From a virus, in the IMG/VR virus record IMGVR_UViG_3300044638_008494, positions 32,001-96,000 of that record: a DNA stretch of 64,000 nt, one strand, 5' to 3'. Positions 19,392 to 28,788 of the stretch are shown in pieces (position 1 is the first letter of the stretch; each line of letters opens with the position of its first letter). The notes beneath the pieces were generated by a model. It saw only the letters and a program-made list of their open reading frames with translations, made no database searches and was not told the DNA's origin. The position numbers and the translations under genes were made by a program.

Positions 19392-22300
19392 TTATGCAGT
19401 CTGACCATTTTTAGTTTGTAATCCAGCAATTTGCCTATTAACAGCATCAATTGCCGATGCAAGTTCTGCTCTTAACTGCTCTTGAACTTCCGATATTTTT
19501 GCTCCAACCTCAGCAATTGCCTCTTCAGACATTGATACGTCTATTTTAAAATCAGTACTAATATCAACAGGAAAACTAATATCTTGATTTAAAGTCATTT
19601 CTTTTCCACCATCTTCTACTGGCTGCTGAGATACCTCTCTCTGTGGTGACTCTTGAACTTGCTTAGTTTGTTCTTCAACTATTCCACTATTTTTATTAAC
19701 AGCCTCACGACTACCATCTAATGACTTTTTCAATTCCCTTATTTCTTCTTTTCCTTGCTCGATATTTTTAGGAGGGGCCATCGGGGCTTGAGGCTCAACT
19801 CCGATTGGCGGTTTTGATTCTGGGTTAAAATTTGGATCATAATACCCTAATCCCCCATCTGGCTGTGGAAACATTTTCGGAGGAGGAAGCGTTGGTTTAG
19901 GAAATTGAGGAAAAGCTGGGCTTAACAAAGGAGACTGAGGTGTATATGGTCGAGTTAGTGGCCCACCAATTGGCTGCAATGGAGATTGGATTTGTGGATC
20001 CGCAAATTGACCAACCAAAGGATTAACTCCTCGATTTGTAAATGGAGACGCAGTAGGTGGAACATATGGTGAAACTGCGGGGTTATTATAAGGAAAAGGC
20101 TTTGGAGCCTGAAGCGGCATACCCACGCTACCAGCTCCACCCTCTCCGAAATTAGGATCATAAAATCCTTGACTTCCATCAGGCTGAGTAAATGTTTGCG
20201 GCGGAGGAAGCGTTGGTTTAGGAAATTGAGGAAAATTAGGTCTTGGCGTCAATACTTCTCGCATATTTTCCGCTGACCCACCCAACATAACAGATCCTTC
20301 TAGCGCACTTACTATCTTATCTCCATTTAAATCTATAGCACCTATCATTTTTATAGCAAATGGATTAAGAGAATTTTCTAAAACAGACTTTATAATCGGC
20401 ATAACGTCAGTCGCCATTGTTCCATCTATACCCTTGTTTAACATACCATCTCTGGAAGCATTTGGGGCTTGATATGGCATTTGCGACAATAATGATGTTA
20501 CATCATAAGTGTTTCCAGCCTTTAACTCATCTCTTAAATACTGTATTACTGATATCATTTTATCATCTGATATTTTTTGTCCAGCCAGTAATGCGTCAAT
20601 TGAAGATTTTAATTGTTGCTGAAAATCATCGACATTTTTAATTTCAGAATTTGCATTCTGGCTCTTTTGTACGGCGAGCTGATTTACGGACCGACCAGTA
20701 TCGGTCGCCTCCACTTTTAATTCGTTTTTCAAATATTTAGAAAAATTTTCTTTTAAACTATCCGCAAACTCTTTTCCATACTTATTCATAGCATCAACTG
20801 CCAATTTATTATTTGGATCTGCCCTCCATTGGGTTAACTGCTCTTTTGTCATTGATTGAGACCATTGGCCCGACATTCGACCTTCTTCATTAAACATTTG
20901 ATGTGTTTGATATTTATCTCCCCAACTTAACAAATCAGCACCAGGATCATCTGGTCCGTAGTTGTATTTCCTACGAACTACATTTTGATAATTTTTTTCT
21001 TCAATTTCTTTTATTATTTCTTGAAATGATTTTCCTAATGGGCCACTTGATGCTCCTGATATGTTTGTATTCGGAAGTTTATTTAAAATTTGTTTTAGTA
21101 TAGAAATATTTTGAGCTACAGCTTGGTCTTGCTGCGCTTGAGATGCTTCCATTGCTTTAGCGGCCGCTGGGCTTATAATTGTAAAATTTCCGCCACTAGA
21201 GCCGCCAACGCCACTAACACCACCAACGCCGCCAGCACTACCAGCACCACTAACACTGCCAGTAGTAGCTGCTCCCCGCATTGCTGCTTTTATTGCACTT
21301 GCGGCTGCTGTGCTTGTTATTGGGGGATTTGTTGTGGCGCTTCCTCTAGCATTAGACTGCATACTAAATGCACCGCCAGAAGTTGATGGGCATAATGCAT
21401 TAATAGCTGTTTGCGCACAATTTGCCAAATTTAGTAATTTTTCCGCAGCATTATCTGCTTCTTTTTGTAATCCAGTAAAGGCTTGTTGTGAAAATTTATC
21501 CATATTTATTCCCACATATCCAATAGATTTAACCAGATCTTCAGCTGCTTGATTGAATGGGTTAGCAAATTTTTGCCCAGGCTTCATACCGCCAAACTGC
21601 TGATTAACCATATCAACCACATTTGCTCGACCCAATCCCTTTAAATTACCCAAACCAATAGCATCAAGGTATTCATCGGATTGATCTTGCAACATTGCTG
21701 TTAATCTTGATCTTTCTCCTCTTTGGTAATTTTCTGGAATTCCAAGAGCTTCCATAGCTTCTAATCTTCTGATTGACTGTTCGCGCTCGAACTTGTCCAT
21801 TTCTCTTTTATATTTTAATGGCCCAATTTCGCCAGCTTGGTATGCCCTACGAAGCTCAGTTCCCTCCATTTGTGTTGGGTCAAATCCTGATAATCCAGAA
21901 ACCCCACCAGCATATCCTTGCATTTTTTGCATGCGATCATTAAATCTACCAACTGCAATATCGAATGCCTGTTGAACTTTTTGTGCAGCATTGTTAAAAT
22001 CTATATTTTGTAGCGCCTGTTTTAAATTAAAATTTGCATCTTCAAGGCTTTTCTCATATGCGTCCTGCAGCCCTTTAGGCAATTTTGATAAATCAATTTT
22101 TTGTATATCTTCTATAGTTACAGCTTTTGCAATTTGTTCGGATACATTTTGCAAATCTACAACCTCTCCACGGTTAGCAGATGTTGTTAAATCTGCATTT
22201 TTTATATTATCTTGCAATTGCGGAACAAATGATCCCTTTAATGTATCAGCCGCTTCTTTACTTGCTTCTATAAAATCAATATAACTTTGCTGATCAATTC

Positions 22301-25300
22301 TTGCTGCGCCAATTGCCGCTTCTTGTTCAAAAGATGGGGTTCTGTACTGCATAATCGCAGTATCAGTTTGCGTGGCTAAGCCTAAATTAAATTTAGGTAT
22401 ATCTATTTTTAAAATTTTATTTAAGCTTCCTATTAATTTTGCAGAATTATCAAGCGCGTTTTTATTTTTTCTAAAATTATTAATATAATCTTGAACTACT
22501 TGTGGCAATTGTGAAATATTTTTTCTACTCTGTTCTTCAAGTCGAAGAGTATTTTGATTTTCTTCTAAACGCTTTTTCAAATTTTTAGATAAATCTTCTG
22601 ATAATCCTCTTAATTCTGCAGGTGATGCTTTTTTAAATGCTTCTTTTAATTTTTCAAGTTCTTCTGCGGTGCCTTCCCCGCCTTCTTTCAACATGCTTAA
22701 AATATTATCAAATTCTTCTCCAATACGGACCGCGTCAAATCCTTTTAATTTTTCCACCGAAGGAATTACCTTGTTTAACATGTCTATGCGGCCCTTAGTA
22801 TCAACATCTTCTCCACCGGCATAATCAAATGTAGATAAAATAGAATCAGCAATTTTTTTAGATTGATCTTTTCCTATATTGGTCCATGATGTTATAAATT
22901 CTTTACCAATATCTGTAGTTAACGATTCAATATTTGCACCTCTTGTTTGATCTTGTATATATTTAGCTAAAATTTCTTGCTGTTTTGCAACATCATTTGT
23001 CGCAGATATTTGGTTTTGTATGCTTGGTGGCAACTTTGATAATTGTCGCAAGTATTCATTTTCTGCTCTTGTTATATCTTTAATTGGGGCATTGGATTCA
23101 GTTAAATCACTTAATTTTTCTCTAGCTATTAGTAATCCTTGCGTAGACTCTTGTGCTCTTTGTGCATTTTCTGTTGCTTTTTGAACTCTTTGAGATGCAT
23201 CGCCCAATCCATTTATAGATAATGCTAGCGCATCTACAATTGGCTTTGCTGATAATGCAGCTCCAACTATTCCTCCTATTATTGCGCCTGGTGCTCCACC
23301 GCCAACTGCCGCGCCAGCCCCTGCAAAACCACCAATATTGCCTAATCCAGTCAAAAGTGACCCCGCAACTGTTTGATCTCCACCAGCTATCTGAGATCCT
23401 ATTCCGCTTGCTGTTTGAAGGGCGAATCCCAACCCCAAACCTTTATTTTTTGCAAACTCATCAAACCTTTCTCTTTTAGTCAAGCTTCGTTTATTTATAG
23501 CAGATTGAATTGTTGCTGCTCTTTCTTCAGATTTGGCCTGATCTCTCGCTACACGCTCTCTTCTTTTTTCCCTTTCTATTTGACCAGCCATTCCAGTATC
23601 TGTCCATGTCCCTGCTTGGGCATTATATAATGTAGGATTTTGTCTGGCTGTATTTTCCTGAATATCTAATTTTTGCAAAAGCTTGTTTTGCCTATTTATT
23701 CTTTGCTGGTTAGATTCAAATGCTTGATCTAATGTTTGTCCGGTGGATTTTAGTTCTCCTTTTAATTTTCTTAATTCTTTTGCTCCATCATCCAGCTGTC
23801 CTCCAAAAAATGCTAGAGAAAATAGCAATCCAGAAATTGATGCTGAAATTGCTGTAAAATCTGTTGCTCCAGAGGTGAAATTTGTTGCTCCAGAGGTGAA
23901 ATTTGTTTCATTATCTCCTGCGGCAAAATTTGGAATGAATCCAGAAGAGGCCAATAATCCAGCACCTTTCTGCATCTCTGCAGAATCCTTCATGGCGCGA
24001 TTTTTTCCACCATGTTGGCGCATAGCTGAGGCAAACGAAGGCTGACTTTTATTTCTTACGTGCAAGAATGGCTTATCATCTATTACGGCTTTTTTTCCAG
24101 AAATAGATTCTTCTAAAGCAATAACTTCTTTGACATACTGATCTGATTTTGCAAAATTTGGTATAAAACCAGAAGCTGCCATATCAGAAGTTTTGCGTAT
24201 ATTTTGATTATAATTTCTTAATTCTTTTATGGCCATTGGGCTACTAGCCAGCGACTGCAAATCCTTATCTGATAAGCCCAACTCTTTTGCTCCTTGAACA
24301 AGTGGCTTGTATTTTAAATCTCCGATCTTAATTGCGTCCAGATTAAATCCAGCATTAGATTTAGATCCGTACAGCAGTTCTTTAAATTTATTTAACTTGT
24401 CTGGCGTTCCAAGTTTTAACAACGATCCTTGCTGTATTCTTGCCAAGGCAGATTGTGCCGCAGATCTTTCTCCAAGGGTAGCGCCGCGCTTCATCAATTC
24501 TTGAATTGCTTGTATATTTACAAAATTTGGTATAAAACCAGAAGCAAATTTACCAACATTCGGCTGACTTTCAGATGCAATCCTCTTAGCCATATGTCCA
24601 AATACTATTGGGTCAATAAGCCCTACTTTATTTGTTTTTATTAAACCTTCTGGAGAAATTCCACCTTCGCGCGCCTGTATTTGCGCTTCTTTTGGAAGTG
24701 GGCGCATAAATGTAAAATTCGCTGATGAGGCAGTATCTAAAGCTAATGCTTGCAACCAATTTGGCTTTTCGCTTACAGACCTTTTTGCACTCTCAAATCT
24801 TGAATTGACAATAGCAATTAAAGATTTTTCTACCTCATAATCGTTAATTTCATCTTTAAATGTATTACCAGCAAATCTTTGCGATGTTACCAATGAGTTA
24901 CCAGAGACTCTTCTTAAAGGCAATAATTGTAAATTTGAATCAGTTTTTTTTAGTTGCCTTGTAGCTTTTGCCCAATCTATTGAACCAATATCTCTTAATT
25001 TACCTCTTTGTTGCATTGGGGACTTGTAATCTAAAGTCGGTAATTTTAGAACTTTACTTCCGGTTTTAAACGCATGAGATTCTGCCCCACTGCCTAGATA
25101 TTGTAAATCAGGATATTGTTGATATAATTTATTTATACGCTTTTCAACTGCTGGTTTTTGTTTAATCTCCTCAAAATTAAACGAACTCTTATTTCGTATT
25201 TGCTCTAAAATTGGGCTATCTGCAAAATTTGGTATAAACCCACTTGCCATAGCAAACATCCCTTGCTGGTTTGGATATTTTTTTGCAAATATTGCTCCTA

Positions 25301-28300
25301 ATTTTGCTACAATATCAGGATCTCTTAAAGCTTCTTGTGGCAATCTATTCTTTTTGACAAAGTCTTTAATCCATTGTGCTTGAAATTTATTTCTTCCAGC
25401 CATCATTGGATTTGCTGCAAATGCTGGAATAAAACCATCGGCAGCGCCAGAAGATTGTAACGCTGCCATTCTTTTCTCTACTTCTATTTCAAACTGTGAT
25501 CGCGCTCCTCCCCTTCTAAGAACTAGCCCTTCTTTTCTAATACTTTCAATAGCTTTTATTCTAAGAGCCTGAACTTTTCCAAAACCAGGCCCACTTTTTA
25601 CTTGTTTAACTGCACCAGGTTTTGCTTCGTTGAGTAATTTTTGCATTACTTCATTAGTTGCACCCGATGAGCTTTTTGCATCATACATTCCAGGCGCACC
25701 ATGAAATAATTTTCTTAATCTTGGCGTTATTCTTTCTTGTCTAAAATCAATACCAGCATTTTGAGAAGTTTTTTGTAAGCCTTGCTGAAGTAAAGTAATT
25801 AATCCACCCTCGAAGGCAACGCCAACGGCACCCTCTGCTGCTCCATAGTTAGGAAGATCTTTTGGTGATTTTAAAAAGTTTTCACCTCCTAAAACTTGTC
25901 CGAATTGATTCGCCTCACGAACAAGTAGGTCGCCTAAATTTTTTTTCAAATCAGGGAGCTGGCCTTTAATAACATCTTTATTAATTCCAGCAACCGGTAT
26001 TAGCCCTTTGTATTTTTTGCCAAGATACGAACCAGCGCCCGGTGCCATTGTGTAACCTTCAGAAATATTAGGATAAATAAGAGATACAACCTTGCCATTT
26101 AATGCTTTAGATGTTCTCGTATCACCAAGATCAATAATTTCATCGCCTTCCTTTGATGATTTGGCAAAATTTGGTATAAAACCAGAAGCTGCATTTGGAA
26201 CAACCAATTTATAATTGCTTGGCATAAAAATATTATCCTTTTGTGGAGGATTTTGTTTTTTGCTTTTTCCGTAATTAGTTTCAATAACTTTAGAAATTAA
26301 ATTATCGTTGTCTATTGTTCCAAATTTCACCTCGCCCACTGGTTTTCCTTTTGAATTTAATAGGTCCATTCTTGCAGTTTTTGATTCTGCAACTTGCAAA
26401 CCAAGACGATTCGCAGCAAATCTCTCGAAATATTTACCAACAAGATCATTTTTTACCCCAGTGAATTGTCTGTCCTTATTAACTAATTTTGTATTGCCAG
26501 ATAATAAGCTAGGAACCTTTTCTTTATTTGTGAGCAAATTTTGTTTTAACTGGCCAATTTGTTTTATAGAATACCCATTTCTTGTAAAATATTTAACAGC
26601 AGTCTCTGATAGCTTTGAATCTTTGGAATTTAAATTATTTAATTGTTTATCAAATTGATTTTCAAATGAAGATCTACTACCAATCGAAATAATATCAAAT
26701 GAAAATGGAGAATATGTATCTAAACCCTTATTTGCTACTTGAGATGATTGTACTCCAGTTATAGTACCACCTGGCAAAGATTTTTTATTTTTTGGTTGTG
26801 CGAAATTTGGCACAAACCCAGATGCAGATATTTTTTTAGCTCCATCAGGTAGACCATATTTGCTTTTCATTTCCCTATTCCATACAGCAGTTCCATCACC
26901 ACCACCATAATTAGGAACAGCCCATTCTCCAGTATGAGCCACCATTGTCCCCTTTTTATTATTTCCCATTGGGAAATTTTTCATTACAACTGGTCTATCT
27001 TTTGCTGGATTTGCGTCACCAACTCTATTATTAATATTATTTTGCTCTGCTGCTAGATGCGGCAAAAAGCCACCAGCCGCAGTTTTAACCTTAGAACCTC
27101 TTTGTGTTATAAAAGATTTTCCACCCACGTTTTGCACACCAACTTGAGACGCTGTTGTTTTTGCTATCTGTGCTGCTATAGAATTTTGCTTTTGCAACTC
27201 TATGGTTTGCTGCTTTACAATTTCTAAATATGCTTTTGCCCCAGAAGCAACAGAGGCTTGGCCGCTAGATATTGCCTTGTATATACTAGCATTATTTTGT
27301 AAAAATTTTACAACACTTTGCTGTATTACTGCTTGTTCTTTAGCTGCTTGATTTACCCCTAAAATACTTTTAAAAGCTTCAACACCATATCTAGAAAATT
27401 CTGCAAATAGTTTAACTACCGCTGCCGTTACCAAAGCAAGCCCTGGTCCGCCAATAAAATTTCCAATTCCGCTTATTATTCCGCTACCAATTTTTGCACC
27501 AATACTATCAGCATCAACATTGTTCACGGCACCAGTGAGAAATTCAGAAATATTTAAAACATTTTTTGCAGCTGGCTCAAAAAGTCCACCAGCAATATTT
27601 CCTCCAGCTTGCTGTATATTTGCCAAGGCACGCGTACCTCTAGCAGAAAGTGTTTCATTTAATTTTTCATTACGCCTTATGGCCTGATCAGTAGTTCCAA
27701 GTGATGTTTTTAAAGCTTGGTCATATATTGAATATTCCTTACCAAGATCTCCCAGCGCAGCTTTTAATACGTTAATTTGGAATACACCGCCAACCTGCTC
27801 AGCTACATAGTTTTTTTGCGTTGCAGATAATCCATCGTAAACACTAGCAAGTTCTTTCAATAATTGTACTTGCGTTTTTACATTACCCTCGGCATCTGTA
27901 GATTGTATGCCTAGCCCACCCAAAACTTCTTGTGTTTTTTCTCTACCAAGTCTTGTAAATATAGTTTTTAATGAGTTACCTATAACAGCACCGCCTCGAG
28001 CCGTAACTTGTTGCGCGGTGGTTACTAAAGCGATCAACTCATCAAAAGAAATTCCAGCATCATCAGCGGAAGATCCAACGCGGCTAAGTGCGTTTGCTAA
28101 ATCCGCAGAACTAACAGCAAAAGCAGCATCAACGTTAGCTAGTTTATTTACAATTTCAGTTGCTTGTAGCGCAGATCCCCCAAACGAGTTGATTGCGGCT
28201 GTTAATGCAGATACGCTAGCGGCGGCATCCAATCCACTTAAACGTGTTAAGATCAAAGCCGCTTCTGTTCGCTTTAATGTTTCTTCTACCCCAAGACCTT

Positions 28301-28718
28301 GACGAGAAAGTTCCGTAGCAGCTTCGGCAACCACATCAAACGATTGCGCTGTGTTCCCAGCGATATCGAATAATGAAGCTCCAAATTTCGCTAAATTTCT
28401 ATCTGTCAAATTTAACAGAACATTAACATCTGCTAATTTTTTTTCTACATTTACAAATGTATTAAATAAAGAAGTAACAGCGCTTTGTATCGCAAAGATT
28501 GCACCAGCAGATGCAGCAAAGGCAATAACGCGCGCGTTCGCTGCGGCCAAAGACTTGTCGATTTCTTGTATTTGACCGCTAATTTTGCCCAATGGCTGTG
28601 CTGCGCCACCTGCTGTTTGAATATTTAGAGTAACACCTTGCTTGGCAACCTGATCAATTTGCCGCCTAAGTTTCGCGGTATTACCATCAACATCTACTCT
28701 GATATTTGGATTAGCCAT
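19392..28718 (-). CDS. Tail tape measure protein with an internal cargo-cassette array
   Basis: N-terminal phage minor-tail domain (ELSRQG, KLANVDAAFAVSSADLANAL, IGNSLKTIFTRL); long helical Ala/Gln-rich regions; Gly-zipper hydrophobic segments; follows tail tube and chaperones. Confidence 0.92.
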   Translation of the reverse strand: MANPNIRVDVDGNTAKLRRQIDQVAKQGVTLNIQTAGGAAQPLGKISGQIQEIDKSLAAANARVIAFAASAGAIFAIQSAVTSLFNTFVNVEKKLADVNVLLNLTDRNLAKFGASLFDIAGNTAQSFDVVAEAATELSRQGLGVEETLKRTEAALILTRLSGLDAAASVSALTAAINSFGGSALQATEIVNKLANVDAAFAVSSADLANALSRVGSSADDAGISFDELIALVTTAQQVTARGGAVIGNSLKTIFTRLGREKTQEVLGGLGIQSTDAEGNVKTQVQLLKELASVYDGLSATQKNYVAEQVGGVFQINVLKAALGDLGKEYSIYDQALKTSLGTTDQAIRRNEKLNETLSARGTRALANIQQAGGNIAGGLFEPAAKNVLNISEFLTGAVNNVDADSIGAKIGSGIISGIGNFIGGPGLALVTAAVVKLFAEFSRYGVEAFKSILGVNQAAKEQAVIQQSVVKFLQNNASIYKAISSGQASVASGAKAYLEIVKQQTIELQKQNSIAAQIAKTTASQVGVQNVGGKSFITQRGSKVKTAAGGFLPHLAAEQNNINNRVGDANPAKDRPVVMKNFPMGNNKKGTMVAHTGEWAVPNYGGGDGTAVWNREMKSKYGLPDGAKKISASGFVPNFAQPKNKKSLPGGTITGVQSSQVANKGLDTYSPFSFDIISIGSRSSFENQFDKQLNNLNSKDSKLSETAVKYFTRNGYSIKQIGQLKQNLLTNKEKVPSLLSGNTKLVNKDRQFTGVKNDLVGKYFERFAANRLGLQVAESKTARMDLLNSKGKPVGEVKFGTIDNDNLISKVIETNYGKSKKQNPPQKDNIFMPSNYKLVVPNAASGFIPNFAKSSKEGDEIIDLGDTRTSKALNGKVVSLIYPNISEGYTMAPGAGSYLGKKYKGLIPVAGINKDVIKGQLPDLKKNLGDLLVREANQFGQVLGGENFLKSPKDLPNYGAAEGAVGVAFEGGLITLLQQGLQKTSQNAGIDFRQERITPRLRKLFHGAPGMYDAKSSSGATNEVMQKLLNEAKPGAVKQVKSGPGFGKVQALRIKAIESIRKEGLVLRRGGARSQFEIEVEKRMAALQSSGAADGFIPAFAANPMMAGRNKFQAQWIKDFVKKNRLPQEALRDPDIVAKLGAIFAKKYPNQQGMFAMASGFIPNFADSPILEQIRNKSSFNFEEIKQKPAVEKRINKLYQQYPDLQYLGSGAESHAFKTGSKVLKLPTLDYKSPMQQRGKLRDIGSIDWAKATRQLKKTDSNLQLLPLRRVSGNSLVTSQRFAGNTFKDEINDYEVEKSLIAIVNSRFESAKRSVSEKPNWLQALALDTASSANFTFMRPLPKEAQIQAREGGISPEGLIKTNKVGLIDPIVFGHMAKRIASESQPNVGKFASGFIPNFVNIQAIQELMKRGATLGERSAAQSALARIQQGSLLKLGTPDKLNKFKELLYGSKSNAGFNLDAIKIGDLKYKPLVQGAKELGLSDKDLQSLASSPMAIKELRNYNQNIRKTSDMAASGFIPNFAKSDQYVKEVIALEESISGKKAVIDDKPFLHVRNKSQPSFASAMRQHGGKNRAMKDSAEMQKGAGLLASSGFIPNFAAGDNETNFTSGATNFTSGATDFTAISASISGLLFSLAFFGGQLDDGAKELRKLKGELKSTGQTLDQAFESNQQRINRQNKLLQKLDIQENTARQNPTLYNAQAGTWTDTGMAGQIEREKRRERVARDQAKSEERAATIQSAINKRSLTKRERFDEFAKNKGLGLGFALQTASGIGSQIAGGDQTVAGSLLTGLGNIGGFAGAGAAVGGGAPGAIIGGIVGAALSAKPIVDALALSINGLGDASQRVQKATENAQRAQESTQGLLIAREKLSDLTESNAPIKDITRAENEYLRQLSKLPPSIQNQISATNDVAKQQEILAKYIQDQTRGANIESLTTDIGKEFITSWTNIGKDQSKKIADSILSTFDYAGGEDVDTKGRIDMLNKVIPSVEKLKGFDAVRIGEEFDNILSMLKEGGEGTAEELEKLKEAFKKASPAELRGLSEDLSKNLKKRLEENQNTLRLEEQSRKNISQLPQVVQDYINNFRKNKNALDNSAKLIGSLNKILKIDIPKFNLGLATQTDTAIMQYRTPSFEQEAAIGAARIDQQSYIDFIEASKEAADTLKGSFVPQLQDNIKNADLTTSANRGEVVDLQNVSEQIAKAVTIEDIQKIDLSKLPKGLQDAYEKSLEDANFNLKQALQNIDFNNAAQKVQQAFDIAVGRFNDRMQKMQGYAGGVSGLSGFDPTQMEGTELRRAYQAGEIGPLKYKREMDKFEREQSIRRLEAMEALGIPENYQRGERSRLTAMLQDQSDEYLDAIGLGNLKGLGRANVVDMVNQQFGGMKPGQKFANPFNQAAEDLVKSIGYVGINMDKFSQQAFTGLQKEADNAAEKLLNLANCAQTAINALCPSTSGGAFSMQSNARGSATTNPPITSTAAASAIKAAMRGAATTGSVSGAGSAGGVGGVSGVGGSSGGNFTIISPAAAKAMEASQAQQDQAVAQNISILKQILNKLPNTNISGASSGPLGKSFQEIIKEIEEKNYQNVVRRKYNYGPDDPGADLLSWGDKYQTHQMFNEEGRMSGQWSQSMTKEQLTQWRADPNNKLAVDAMNKYGKEFADSLKENFSKYLKNELKVEATDTGRSVNQLAVQKSQNANSEIKNVDDFQQQLKSSIDALLAGQKISDDKMISVIQYLRDELKAGNTYDVTSLLSQMPYQAPNASRDGMLNKGIDGTMATDVMPIIKSVLENSLNPFAIKMIGAIDLNGDKIVSALEGSVMLGGSAENMREVLTPRPNFPQFPKPTLPPPQTFTQPDGSQGFYDPNFGEGGAGSVGMPLQAPKPFPYNNPAVSPYVPPTASPFTNRGVNPLVGQFADPQIQSPLQPIGGPLTRPYTPQSPLLSPAFPQFPKPTLPPPKMFPQPDGGLGYYDPNFNPESKPPIGVEPQAPMAPPKNIEQGKEEIRELKKSLDGSREAVNKNSGIVEEQTKQVQESPQREVSQQPVEDGGKEMTLNQDISFPVDISTDFKIDVSMSEEAIAEVGAKISEVQEQLRAELASAIDAVNRQIAGLQTKNGQTA
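19882..20235 (-). repeat. 33-nt direct repeat in the Pro-rich TMP C-terminus
   Basis: GGAGGAAGCGTTGGTTTAGGAAATTGAGGAAAA at 19882-19914 and 20203-20235 (FPQFPKPTLPP twice). Confidence 0.9.
23862..23907 (-). repeat. 21-nt tandem duplication (NFTSGAT twice) in the TMP
   Basis: TGTTGCTCCAGAGGTGAAATT occurs twice in tandem. Confidence 0.9.
23922..27077 (-). repeat. Eight dispersed in-frame 27-nt repeats with consensus ASGFIPNFA
   Basis: Copies at 27051-27077, 26799-26825, 26163-26189, 25416-25442, 25221-25247, 24519-24545, 24150-24176 and 23922-23948. Confidence 0.93.
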
Positions 28719-28734
28719 ATATTCCGTAATTTGT

Positions 28735-28758
28735 ACCTTTTACCTAAGATAAATTACA
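28735..28758 (-). promoter_or_regulatory. TGTAAT late-promoter motif plus AGGTAAAAGGT leader element upstream of the TMP
   Basis: TGTAAT at 28753-28758 and the 11-mer at 28735-28745; the same pair recurs at 30815-30839. Confidence 0.6.
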
Positions 28759-28788
28759 GATTTTAAATGTAAAAATCGCTGCTTATAA

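Noticed and set aside
23922-27077. TMP repeats as a CRISPR array
   Set aside because: Spacers are 168-720 nt, all in frame and protein-coding; the repeats are degenerate at the codon level; no cas genes are present
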